32,000 nt of DNA from Bdellovibrionales bacterium (GTDB lineage: Bacteria > Bdellovibrionota > Bdellovibrionia > Bdellovibrionales > UBA1609): contig OY843585.1 of NCBI GenBank assembly GCA_963692945.1, positions 1,410,001-1,442,000 of the forward strand, in the 5' to 3' direction. Numbering within the stretch: position 1 is the first letter of the stretch; the number at the start of each line of letters is the position of its first letter. The position numbers and the translations under genes were made by a program. Positions 8,758-17,132 of this stretch are shown here, in pieces. A model generated the notes under the pieces. The model saw only the letters and a program-made list of their open reading frames with translations, ran no database searches and was not told the DNA's origin.

Positions 8758-11028
8758 CAACTTAGGAGTTAAAAATACTAACAGTTCACTTTTAGAACTA
8801 TTTTTCCGATACTTATTAAAGAAAAAATTTAAAATTGGTATATTTTTTAAAAAAGGTATTCCATCTGCATTATTGACCTCATCTTCTTCATAAATACCAC
8901 CAATAACAATAGTATGACCATTTTGAACTAAAACTTCTGTTTTAGCACTACGAGTCGTTTTTAAAGCTCCTCCCGCTCCTCCCGGATCAGATCTATCTAC
9001 AGAAACATCAAGGAACACACTCCCTGTGGAAGTCACTGTAGGTGTAACATCTAATTGTATTTTTACATCTTCTGTTTCACGACTTTCTGTTGTATTACCT
9101 TCCGCCGTTGTTGTAACAGATTTAGAAACAAGTATAGGAGAATTTCTTGTGATAGAAGCTTTTTTCCCACTAATGGTAACCACCTTTGGAGAACTAACAA
9201 TTCGGGCATAATTCTCCCCTTCAGCAATATTCAAACTAGCAGTGACATCTCCAATAAAAGGAATACCATTTAATTGGAGAACTCCAGACCCTGAACCTTC
9301 ACTAGTAACTTCTGTTCGGTAGTTTCCACTAATATTACTTAATAACTCTACAAGCCCATTGGCGTTGACTGTTACAGGAAGGTTACCTCCAAGACTCCAA
9401 CTCAACCCAAAACTACGAACAAAATTCTCAGAAGCTTCTACAATTCTTGCTTCAATCATAACTTGTCTAGGAGTTTTATCCAAATAAGTAATAAGTTTCT
9501 CAATTTTTTCAATTGTTTTTTCTGTATCTATAACAATTAAAGTATTACTTTCTTCATGAATAATAATTTTTCCACCCTCTTGCTTATTCACTGTATTAGC
9601 AGGTGTTAAAAAGTTTTTCACTTTAGATTCAATCTCTGAAAGTTTTCCATAAGTAACTGGTATAACTTTTGTAACTAAAGGAATAAGTGGTTTTTGTTGT
9701 TCTGCAATTTCTTTAAGTTTTTTTGTTCTCTGTTCTATCTCTGTAAGAGGTAAAATAGTAATAACATTCCCATCCCTAGTGTATCCTAAAGATTTAACTT
9801 TAAAAATGGTATATAAAGCCTGATCCCAAGGTATATTTTCAAGTTTAAGGGTTACATTACCTTGAACCTTTTCATCAATAACCATATTTAAACCACTTTC
9901 TTCTGAAATAAATCTAAGAACTTGTTTAATAGGAGCATCAATCACATGAAAAGAAATAGGCTTCCCTGAAAATTCAATTTTTCCAAAATACAATTCTTCT
10001 AAGGTCTTTGCAGGAAGAATTTGTCGTTTCTCAAGATTTTGACTAGAACCATCTTTTCCAAAAAGGTTATCTTGTCCATCACCAATTTGAGCACTATCTG
10101 ATAAATTTCCATAACCAACAATAATTTGATTTTCTTTTTCACTGAGCTTAATATTTGGAAAATCAGCCTTTTCTTTAAATTGAATAACCACACGAACAGT
10201 ATTAGGTGTTTTTTGATCTGCTTTAATCATCCCAAAATTTGTATTGAAGTCTTTTAAAACATAAGGCCAATTAAGATCGCCACTCAATTTAGATTGAAAA
10301 ATTTCTAGAATCAATTGGTTATTGTTTTCATTTCTTCTATCTTTATAAGAAGTTGTTTCAGAAGCATCTATAATGATTTGATTCTTATCAGAAATAAAAC
10401 GAATATTATTAATAAGATTTAATTCACCAGATGCGTCACTGTCATCTGTAGATTCATCAGGAGCTATATCTATAGTATCAAAGGAAGGGACTTCTTCTGC
10501 TTCATCCAATTCGTTAGATAAATCCTCCTCAAGATTTTCAATCGATTCTTCTTTTAAACTTTCACCACCTTGACTTTCAAAACTTTCTTCCAAAGCTTCA
10601 TCCTCTTCTAAATCATTAAGACTCTCTTCTAAGGCTTTGTCTTTTGAATCACTTCCCAAATCCTCCTCGTCTTCATCCTGTGCTAGATCCTCTTCATCTG
10701 CTTCAACATCTTCCTCTTCAGAAAAATCATCATCAATGATTTCCTCTTCAGAAGAATCATCATCATCAATGATTTCATATTCTAAATTATTAAATTCCTT
10801 CTCTAATTTTTTATCCTTAGAATCTCCTCTTTTTTTAAGACTCTTCTCTTCAATTTCTTCCTCATCCTCGTCGTCGTAAGAGTTTCCTTCAATATCTGCT
10901 AAATCCGAATCATCAAACTCTTCTTCTTGAGCCACTAAAAAAATTTGATTTGAAAATAAAGAAGGATTAGAAAACGCAACAGGAGAGATAAAGATAATAG
11001 AAACAATACATAAAAAAATTTTAATCAT
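8740..11028 (-). CDS. pilQ: Type IV pilus secretin PilQ with a long acidic N-terminal extension
   Basis: ATG with GAGGGG SD. Signal peptide MIKIFLCIVSIIFISPVAFS. About 165 aa of D/E-rich low complexity, then an AMIN-like segment (LNLINNIRFISDKNQIIID...VRVVIQF). Secretin-N-like repeats follow (ISFHVIDAPIKQVLRFISEESGLNMVID). C-terminal secretin core: SSPKVVTISGKKASI...VLVQNGHTIVIGGIYEE...GIPFLKNIPILNFFF...SELLVFLTPKLL. Confidence 0.93.
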   Translation of the reverse strand: MIKIFLCIVSIIFISPVAFSNPSLFSNQIFLVAQEEEFDDSDLADIEGNSYDDEDEEEIEEKSLKKRGDSKDKKLEKEFNNLEYEIIDDDDSSEEEIIDDDFSEEEDVEADEEDLAQDEDEEDLGSDSKDKALEESLNDLEEDEALEESFESQGGESLKEESIENLEEDLSNELDEAEEVPSFDTIDIAPDESTDDSDASGELNLINNIRFISDKNQIIIDASETTSYKDRRNENNNQLILEIFQSKLSGDLNWPYVLKDFNTNFGMIKADQKTPNTVRVVIQFKEKADFPNIKLSEKENQIIVGYGNLSDSAQIGDGQDNLFGKDGSSQNLEKRQILPAKTLEELYFGKIEFSGKPISFHVIDAPIKQVLRFISEESGLNMVIDEKVQGNVTLKLENIPWDQALYTIFKVKSLGYTRDGNVITILPLTEIEQRTKKLKEIAEQQKPLIPLVTKVIPVTYGKLSEIESKVKNFLTPANTVNKQEGGKIIIHEESNTLIVIDTEKTIEKIEKLITYLDKTPRQVMIEARIVEASENFVRSFGLSWSLGGNLPVTVNANGLVELLSNISGNYRTEVTSEGSGSGVLQLNGIPFIGDVTASLNIAEGENYARIVSSPKVVTISGKKASITRNSPILVSKSVTTTAEGNTTESRETEDVKIQLDVTPTVTSTGSVFLDVSVDRSDPGGAGGALKTTRSAKTEVLVQNGHTIVIGGIYEEDEVNNADGIPFLKNIPILNFFFNKYRKNSSKSELLVFLTPKLLDTNE

Positions 11029-11092
11029 GATGCCCCTCTATAAGATTCTTAACTGAATCATAACTCAATAAAGTCTTTTTTAACAATAAGAA

Positions 11093-12250
11093 TTACAATT
11101 TTAATCTATCTAATTTAATAATTTTCACATCCGTTTCCTTAACCTTCTCAGAACCAGATACTTTTACAATTGATTCAACAATAACCACTTCATCCTCTCG
11201 TATTTCAAAAATAGTACCGTTTTTTCCAACTTTATCACCACGCAACAAAGTGTAAAAACCCCCTTGACCCGGTAGCTGAAAGAGAGCTTTTGGGGAGTTT
11301 ATATCCCAAATAATTCCTTTTAACTGTAATTGACTCAAATCGTATTCTTCAGGTGGAGTCTTAGGAACAAAAACAATATTTTCTATATCTTTTAAAATGG
11401 TTGGATCTTCAAATGGGTCTCTACGACGCTCAGGGTCATATATAAATGGAGACATAAATGTTTCAACCTCTAAAACAGGAGATTGAGCTTCTGTTAAAGA
11501 TATGTTCCCAGACGGCACAGATGCATTTTCTAGAACTCCTGGCGGTGGTAAATTCCCAGACGGCACAGATGTATTCTCTGGAACTCCTGATGGTGGTAAA
11601 TTCCCAGACGGCACAGATGTATTCGCTGGAATCTCTGGTGGTGGTAAATTCCCAGACGGCACAGATGCATTTTCTGGAATCTCTGGCGGTGGTAAATTCC
11701 CAGACGGCACAGATGCATTTTCTGGAACCTCTGGTGGTGGTAAATCCCCAGACGGCACAGATGTATTCGCTGGAACCTCTGGTGGTGGTAAATCCCCAGA
11801 CGGCACGGATGTATTTTCTGGAACCTCTGGTGGTGGTAAATCCCCAGACGGCACGGATGTATTTTCTGGAATCTCTGGTGGTGGTAAATTCCCAGACGGC
11901 ACGGATGTATTTTCTGGAATCTCTGATGGTGGTAAATCCCCAGACGGCACAGATGCATTCTCTGGTAATGGTCTATTTTGTGTCTCTTTTAGTTTATTAC
12001 TTGAATCACCAAAATTATTCCTCATAACATTTTTAAAACTATTTAGAACATTTTTTAAAATACCTTTAGCATCTTGTGACTCGTCTTTAGCCAATAAAAT
12101 AGGTTCTCTATTTTGGGTTTTTGATAAGGCAGGATTTAAAAATTGTATGACAAGAAAAAAAGCAAGAACACAAGAGAAAATCCCTACCAACAAATAACTG
12201 ATAAATGAAACAGACTCTTTTATAAAAAAAGATAATTTTCTAGAATTCAT
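11093..12250 (-). CDS. pilP: PilP-like pilus assembly protein with an internal 16-aa proline-rich tandem repeat
   Basis: Sits between pilO and pilQ. ATG preceded by GGAGG inside the pilO 3' end. N-terminal TM anchor FISYLLVGIFSCVLAFFLVIQFL. C-terminal about 115 aa resembles the PilP beta-domain (RRDPFEDP...LQLKGIIW...ALFQLPGQGGFYTLLRGDKVGKNGTIFEIREDEVVI). Assignment rests on position plus motif resemblance. Confidence 0.8.
   Translation of the reverse strand: MNSRKLSFFIKESVSFISYLLVGIFSCVLAFFLVIQFLNPALSKTQNREPILLAKDESQDAKGILKNVLNSFKNVMRNNFGDSSNKLKETQNRPLPENASVPSGDLPPSEIPENTSVPSGNLPPPEIPENTSVPSGDLPPPEVPENTSVPSGDLPPPEVPANTSVPSGDLPPPEVPENASVPSGNLPPPEIPENASVPSGNLPPPEIPANTSVPSGNLPPSGVPENTSVPSGNLPPPGVLENASVPSGNISLTEAQSPVLEVETFMSPFIYDPERRRDPFEDPTILKDIENIVFVPKTPPEEYDLSQLQLKGIIWDINSPKALFQLPGQGGFYTLLRGDKVGKNGTIFEIREDEVVIVESIVKVSGSEKVKETDVKIIKLDRLKL
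11486..11965. repeat. Tandem repeat, about 10 x 48 bp, in frame within pilP
   Basis: Units encode PEN(T/A)SVPSG(D/N)LPP(P/S)(E/G)(I/V). DNA units are near-identical with a few variable positions, and the last unit is degenerate. The repeat leaves three other frames open, producing spurious ORFs. Confidence 0.95.
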
Positions 12251-12256
12251 CTTATA

Positions 12257-12838
12257 CTAACCTCCCTCTTTTTTTTCTTCCGTTTGTTTCTCACTATATC
12301 TGAAAGCAAAAATATCAAGATCCGCTAAAATTATTTTCTTATTAGCAGATACACTCATCGCAATCTTATCTACAATGAGCATCCTTTTTTGACCAGTAAG
12401 ACGAGATAAAAAAGAAACAATTTGAGGAAAAGCACCACTGACCTTTAATTTAATTTTTAAAATTTCATAAGGTTCTTTTTTAACAGAAGGTTGATCTTGC
12501 TTATCCTCAATATTAATCCCTGTAGTTTTTGCTTCATTGTTTAAAAGAGAAAAAATATCTATGGAACTTAATTCGTTAGGAATATAGTTTAAAAAAAGAC
12601 TTACGGCCTCCTCTTTAGAAGACACTTCTTTCTTAAAATTTTTGAGACTTTCAAAATCTGCTCTTTTTTTCTTAATATTAACTTCCAACTGCTGAATCTT
12701 ATTTTGCTCATTAGATATAGATTGCTTTAAAGCACTTCCATCATCAAATGCAAAAAAATAATAAGCTCCCATAGACAGACAACCAAAAACAATAATCTGC
12801 ATGATGTTAAAATTAGCAATATCAATTAAAAATCTCAA
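12257..12838 (-). CDS. pilO: PilO-like pilus assembly protein
   Basis: Position between pilN and pilP. Short N-terminus, one TM helix (IIVFGCLSMGAYYFFAF), a coiled-coil segment, then a C-terminal alpha/beta domain. TTG start overlaps the pilN TGA (TTGA at 12835-12838). Alternative ATG at 12802. Confidence 0.78.
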   Translation of the reverse strand: MRFLIDIANFNIMQIIVFGCLSMGAYYFFAFDDGSALKQSISNEQNKIQQLEVNIKKKRADFESLKNFKKEVSSKEEAVSLFLNYIPNELSSIDIFSLLNNEAKTTGINIEDKQDQPSVKKEPYEILKIKLKVSGAFPQIVSFLSRLTGQKRMLIVDKIAMSVSANKKIILADLDIFAFRYSEKQTEEKKEGG

Positions 12839-13509
12839 AAACTTCTCCGATTTAATAAAGCAGCTGTTAATGTGAACTGCACCTTTACAGAATTATTGTT
12901 TTCTTTCATATCCGTCATATTCACTTTAATGCTATCTCTTTCAATTATAGTTTTTAGAGAATCAGCAAAAAGATTAACCTTGTCTTCACCTAAACTTTCC
13001 CCAACTATTTTCATATTTCCTTTATCTTTGATCGTCACTTCAATCCTTTTTAACCAAACTGATTCAGGTATGATAGATTGAATTTGATCTAAGAGTTGAG
13101 GAATAATTAAACGAGAATGTGCCAAACCTTTAAGAAATTCTTTTTTATCATCATACTCTTTAGATTTATCTTTTAAATACCCATAAGCATTTATTTTTTG
13201 ATTAACATCAGTTAATACTTTTTGTTTGGCTGTGTATTTTTGTTGGACCACTTTAAAATCATTTTCTAATTGATTAATAATCCGAACCTCGTAAATGTAT
13301 AAAGCTAAAGGAAATCCACTTAAAAAAGTCAATTTGACAAGTATCACTAAAAGTATAAATGGGTTGAAAGCACTCAAATCAAATTGAAACCATTCTCCCA
13401 CAATATTACTTACAGCGGATTGAAAATTTGTTTTATCAGATATATCCGTTCCTGTTTTTGTATAAATAGGAGAAGATGTTTTTGTATTTTTTAAATTAAC
13501 TTTAATCAT
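12835..13509 (-). CDS. pilN: PilN-like pilus assembly protein
   Basis: ATG lies 1 nt after the pilM stop. Single TM helix (FILLVILVKLTFLSGFPLALYIY) followed by coiled coil and a periplasmic domain. Fimbrial-assembly PilN topology and operon position. Confidence 0.78.
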   Translation of the reverse strand: MIKVNLKNTKTSSPIYTKTGTDISDKTNFQSAVSNIVGEWFQFDLSAFNPFILLVILVKLTFLSGFPLALYIYEVRIINQLENDFKVVQQKYTAKQKVLTDVNQKINAYGYLKDKSKEYDDKKEFLKGLAHSRLIIPQLLDQIQSIIPESVWLKRIEVTIKDKGNMKIVGESLGEDKVNLFADSLKTIIERDSIKVNMTDMKENNNSVKVQFTLTAALLNRRSF

Positions 13510-13510
13510 A

Positions 13511-14563
13511 TCAGACCACTCTCAATGATAAACCTGCAACAATAGCTCCAAAAGATGACAAAACTTTCTCATCAAGCAATACATCAGGACCTAACTCTAT
13601 ATTCTGAAAAGGATTAAGCCGATACACTGAATTTTGAAATTTATTATTTAAAGTTTCTAGTAAACCTAAACATTGACTGCCACCTCCAGTTATATAAATC
13701 TGGGATATTTTATTATTTGGAAAAAAACTTAAATAAAACTCATAACCAGAAAAAATCTCATCACTAAATAAAGGGTTTATTTCTTTGATGGCTGAAGAGA
13801 TATGTTCTGGATGTTCTGCTTCTTGACTGACACTCTTTTTTAACTCCTCCGCTTCAGCATAATTAAGATTCAACCTTTTTTCTATTTCTTGTGTGTAAAA
13901 ATCCCCTCCTATAGGAAGACTTCTTGTAAAAACAACCTGATTTTTAATAATAGCAACTACATTCGTAGTGCTCAGACCTATATCTATTAAAAAGTAATTC
14001 TCTTTTTCATCCAGATCATAATTTTTTTCAAACACATTAAATAAAGCAAAAACATTTGTATCTAAAATATCACAATTCAAAAAAGACTTCTCAAAAAGTT
14101 CGTTGTATTGACTTACTATACTCTTCAAAACAGCTACAAGTAATATAGGGACATCATTTGTTTTACTACTAGAACTCATATCTTTTAAAATTTCATAGTC
14201 CAAGTCCATTTCATCAATTTCATAAGGCAAGTATTGCTCAGCTTCAAAAGGCAAATGCTCTGCTATAAGATCCTCTTCCATATAAGGTATCTCTATTTTT
14301 TTAGTGATGACCCCTTTCCCAGACACTCCTGTAATAACTTCAATATCCGTTGTGATATCCAAATTACCAAGACAAACCATTAAAAATTTACTCAAACCCT
14401 TTTCATCTAATATCATCCCTGCATCAAAAAGTTTTTCTGGCGTGGGTTCTATAATGAATTTATTGATAGATCCGCCAGAAATAGATGCCACTTTAGTATT
14501 TTGACTACCTATATCTAATGCCACATATTCTTTTTTCGTTTTTTTAAATAAATTTATAAGCAA
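13511..14563 (-). CDS. pilM: PilM, actin-like ATPase of the type IV pilus alignment complex
   Basis: TTG start at 14561-14563 preceded by a strong SD, GGGGGAGGG (complement of 14571-14579). Actin/FtsA-like phosphate motifs: VALDIGSQNTKVA, FLIDIGLSTTNV, IYITGGGSQ. First gene of the pilMNOPQ order. Confidence 0.92.
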   Translation of the reverse strand: MLINLFKKTKKEYVALDIGSQNTKVASISGGSINKFIIEPTPEKLFDAGMILDEKGLSKFLMVCLGNLDITTDIEVITGVSGKGVITKKIEIPYMEEDLIAEHLPFEAEQYLPYEIDEMDLDYEILKDMSSSSKTNDVPILLVAVLKSIVSQYNELFEKSFLNCDILDTNVFALFNVFEKNYDLDEKENYFLIDIGLSTTNVVAIIKNQVVFTRSLPIGGDFYTQEIEKRLNLNYAEAEELKKSVSQEAEHPEHISSAIKEINPLFSDEIFSGYEFYLSFFPNNKISQIYITGGGSQCLGLLETLNNKFQNSVYRLNPFQNIELGPDVLLDEKVLSSFGAIVAGLSLRVV

Positions 14564-14598
14564 GACGAATCCCTCCCCCGCATGATGTAAGCTCTTCT

Positions 14599-14628
14599 AT
14601 TTAATCTTAATTACTAGACTTTTGTCAA
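14599..14628 (-). promoter_or_regulatory. Possible sigma70-type promoter for pilMNOPQ
   Basis: Perfect -35 TTGACA (complement of 14623-14628). Only weak -10 candidates follow at 17-18 nt (ATTAAA / TTAAAT). Sits between the post-pilD hairpin and the pilM SD. Confidence 0.25.
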
Positions 14629-14639
14629 TTTTTAGAGGC

Positions 14640-14658
14640 TTTCAAGGAAGCCTTGAAA
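14640..14658 (-). other. 8-bp stem hairpin (TTTCAAGG-aag-CCTTGAAA) 2 nt after the pilD stop
   Basis: Perfect inverted repeat seen in the sequence. It is not followed by a U-tract on the minus strand, so it is not a canonical intrinsic terminator. It could be a processing or stability element between pilD and pilM. Confidence 0.3.
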
Positions 14659-14660
14659 CA

Positions 14661-15464
14661 CTAAAAAGGGATGAGAAATTCAAGATAATTATTCCCTAAA
14701 TCTCTTAAAAAGATATAAAATAAAGCAGCTATTGCTAAATAAGGGCCAAAAGGGATTGCTGTCTTAAAATGAAACTTCTTGTCACAGAGTATTAAAAACA
14801 CTCCAACAATTGTACCTAAAAAGCTAGAGGTAATAAGAACAAAGGGTATAGATTTCCAACCTAAAACAGCTCCTATCCAAGCCAACAATTTGATATCTCC
14901 CCCACCTATACCTTCTTGTTTGCGAATAAAATGATAAATATAAGCTATAAATAATAGAATAAAACCACCTAAGAAAAACCCAATAAAAGAATCCAAGAAA
15001 AGTCGTTCAGGATTCAAAATAGCTCCTACCAAACCTAAAACCATGCCAGACAAGGTGAAAGAATCTGGTAAAATCATTTGATCTAAATCAATAAAACTTA
15101 CAACCACTAAAGCAAAAGCAAAAAGGAGAGATTCAAGTAAAAACCATTCCCAACCAATATGTAGGAACAATAGGACAAAAAGAGAGGCCATTAAAAATTC
15201 AACCAAAGGATAGCGAAAAGAAAAACATTCCTTACAATTTTGACAACGACCTCTTAATAGAAACCAAGACAAAATAGGTAGATTTAAATAAAAAGGTATA
15301 AGATATTTACAATTTGGACAAAAACTTCGTTTCAAGAGGTTTAAAGGTTCTTGCTTTTGCATACGATAAATCAAAACATTGGCAAAACTTCCAAACATTG
15401 AACCAAAAATAAAAAAGAATACGGCCTGTTCCCAAACTGGTAATTGTAAAATATTATCTATCAT
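14661..15464 (-). CDS. pilD: Prepilin peptidase / N-methyltransferase (A24 family)
   Basis: ATG with AAGGGA SD. Paired Cys motifs CPNCKYLIP...RGRCQNCKE. Polytopic membrane protein with aspartyl-protease motifs ILPDSFT and GGGDIKLLA, and C-terminal PFGPYLA. Confidence 0.93.
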   Translation of the reverse strand: MIDNILQLPVWEQAVFFFIFGSMFGSFANVLIYRMQKQEPLNLLKRSFCPNCKYLIPFYLNLPILSWFLLRGRCQNCKECFSFRYPLVEFLMASLFVLLFLHIGWEWFLLESLLFAFALVVVSFIDLDQMILPDSFTLSGMVLGLVGAILNPERLFLDSFIGFFLGGFILLFIAYIYHFIRKQEGIGGGDIKLLAWIGAVLGWKSIPFVLITSSFLGTIVGVFLILCDKKFHFKTAIPFGPYLAIAALFYIFLRDLGNNYLEFLIPF

Positions 15465-15482
15465 CTCATCCCTTTTTTCTTT

Positions 15483-16247
15483 TTAAGAATAATCTCTTTT
15501 TTCCAAAATAATACAAGCTAAACTTAAAACAAAACTTATCCAAAATACAATGTAAAGGGAAGACATAAAGACTTCATTTAAAGATAAAACATCACCATAA
15601 ACAACAGCAGACTTCCAGTTCACTCTTTCTAGATCAGGAATGATGAAAAAGATTTTAGATCCTAAAAAAGACCATAAACCTTGTCCTTCTTTTATAAAGT
15701 AGTTCAAAGAGCTTGAAAAATGTCCAATCAAAAATAAAGAAAAACTATAAACCAAAACTAAAAAAGAATTAGAGTAAGAAGCAAAAAACAACACAAAAGC
15801 CAACATCAAAAGACTTTCTAGATACAAACCAAATAAAGACTGAATGAGAGTCGGACTGAAAGGTATTTGTAAATACATAAAAAACAAACCTAAGACTGAA
15901 GATAAAAAGACCAAAGAAACAAAAAGAATAAAACTCAACCCTAGATATCGCCCTAAAAAAAAGAAAGCCGGACGAATAGGACGAACTAAAATGGTTAGAA
16001 GAATCTTTTTCTCTAAATCCCCAGAAATAAAATAATTCCCTAAAAAGACAGACAGAATCAATAAAGACAATTGAACCGCCACTAAACCAAAGTTAATCAT
16101 TAAACGAATTTTTTCATCAAGACTAAGTTGCCCAAATAACAAACTCATACACAAAATAAAAAAACAAACAATAGCTAGGCTTAATAGAAATTTTTTTCTC
16201 AATCCCTCTTTAAAAGTGTTAATAGCTACAATAAATACAGGATACAT
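15483..16247 (-). CDS. ABC-2 type transporter permease (Myxococcus PilI-like by position)
   Basis: 254 aa with about 6 hydrophobic helices and an ABC-2/NosY-like architecture. Starts 10 nt after the ATPase stop with a GGAAAGGG SD, and ends 18 nt before pilD. Confidence 0.8.
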   Translation of the reverse strand: MYPVFIVAINTFKEGLRKKFLLSLAIVCFFILCMSLLFGQLSLDEKIRLMINFGLVAVQLSLLILSVFLGNYFISGDLEKKILLTILVRPIRPAFFFLGRYLGLSFILFVSLVFLSSVLGLFFMYLQIPFSPTLIQSLFGLYLESLLMLAFVLFFASYSNSFLVLVYSFSLFLIGHFSSSLNYFIKEGQGLWSFLGSKIFFIIPDLERVNWKSAVVYGDVLSLNEVFMSSLYIVFWISFVLSLACIILEKRDYS

Positions 16248-16257
16248 AAACCCTTTC

Positions 16258-17130
16258 CTACTTCTTCAAAGTCCATTTTCTATAGACTCGTTCCAAAGGA
16301 GAGCCTTGAGGAGATACAGATAAAATAACTCCCCCTTTTGATAGAATATTTTTGAGCTCTTTTTGACATTGCTCCTGATCGCTCACTGAAAGATTTTGTT
16401 TTTGACCATTTTGAATATATAAAATATTACGACTCTCTTCTTCTATCAATGGAAGTTGAGAAAAGTCACCTTCAAAAAGAACAGAACCTTCACGAAGAAC
16501 AATCAACCTGTCACAAACTCTTTCCACATCTTGTAAAATATGACTACTTAAAAAAACGGTAAGACCTTCCTTTTTCATACCTTCAATCATCTGATATATA
16601 TAAAAACGACCATCTGGATCTAAACCTGAAAAAGGTTCATCTAAAATAACAAATTGAGAAGCTGGTATTAAAGATTGAATCAAACCTATTTTCTGCATCA
16701 TTCCTTTAGAAAAAGTTTTTAGTTTTTGATCTTTAACAGAATAAAGATCAACTTGTTTCAACAATTTGTGAATACGATCTTTCAAATCAACTGCATGAAA
16801 AGATTTATTTAATTGACCAAGAAATAACAAACACTCTTCAGCAGTTAAGTCTCCATACAACTGAATATTCTCTGGTAAAAAACCAATTAAAGATTTTGTT
16901 GGAGAAGATAGAGGAGATCCAAAAAATAAAACCTCTCCCTTATCTTTTTTAATCAAATCCAATAGACATTTAAAAGTTGTCGTCTTTCCTGAACCGTTAG
17001 AACCTAAAAAACCTGTCACGGAACCTTTAGGAATAGTAAAATCAACCCCTTTTAAAACAGGAGTGTATGGAGACCAAAAATTTTGTTTAAATCCTTTATG
17101 AAGATTTCTAACTTCTAAAACAAATTCCAT
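16258..17130 (-). CDS. ABC transporter ATP-binding protein (Myxococcus PilH-like by position)
   Basis: Walker A GSNGSGKTT, Q-loop region, signature FSKGMMQKIGL, Walker B FVILDEPFSGLD, H-loop SSHIL. ATG is 2 nt after the carB stop. Confidence 0.92.
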   Translation of the reverse strand: MEFVLEVRNLHKGFKQNFWSPYTPVLKGVDFTIPKGSVTGFLGSNGSGKTTTFKCLLDLIKKDKGEVLFFGSPLSSPTKSLIGFLPENIQLYGDLTAEECLLFLGQLNKSFHAVDLKDRIHKLLKQVDLYSVKDQKLKTFSKGMMQKIGLIQSLIPASQFVILDEPFSGLDPDGRFYIYQMIEGMKKEGLTVFLSSHILQDVERVCDRLIVLREGSVLFEGDFSQLPLIEEESRNILYIQNGQKQNLSVSDQEQCQKELKNILSKGGVILSVSPQGSPLERVYRKWTLKK

Positions 17131-17132
17131 CT

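Noticed and set aside
10637-10879. Serine-rich plus-strand ORF antisense to pilQ.
   Set aside because: It is the reverse-complement artefact of GAA/GAT-rich acidic codons. Poly-Ser low complexity with no start context.
11486-11965. Regularly spaced repeats that could be mistaken for a CRISPR array.
   Set aside because: The units are contiguous 48-mers with no unique spacers. They are in frame within a protein gene, and no cas genes are present.
11458-12197. Three additional long ORFs across the pilP repeat: 11458-12027 (+), 11502-12197 (+) and 11530-11958 (-).
   Set aside because: They are by-products of a 48-bp periodic sequence that lacks stop codons in several frames. Their products are pure repeats (for example GGGKFPDGTDVFSG) with no start context. 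Only the minus-strand frame continues into a TM anchor and a PilP-like domain.
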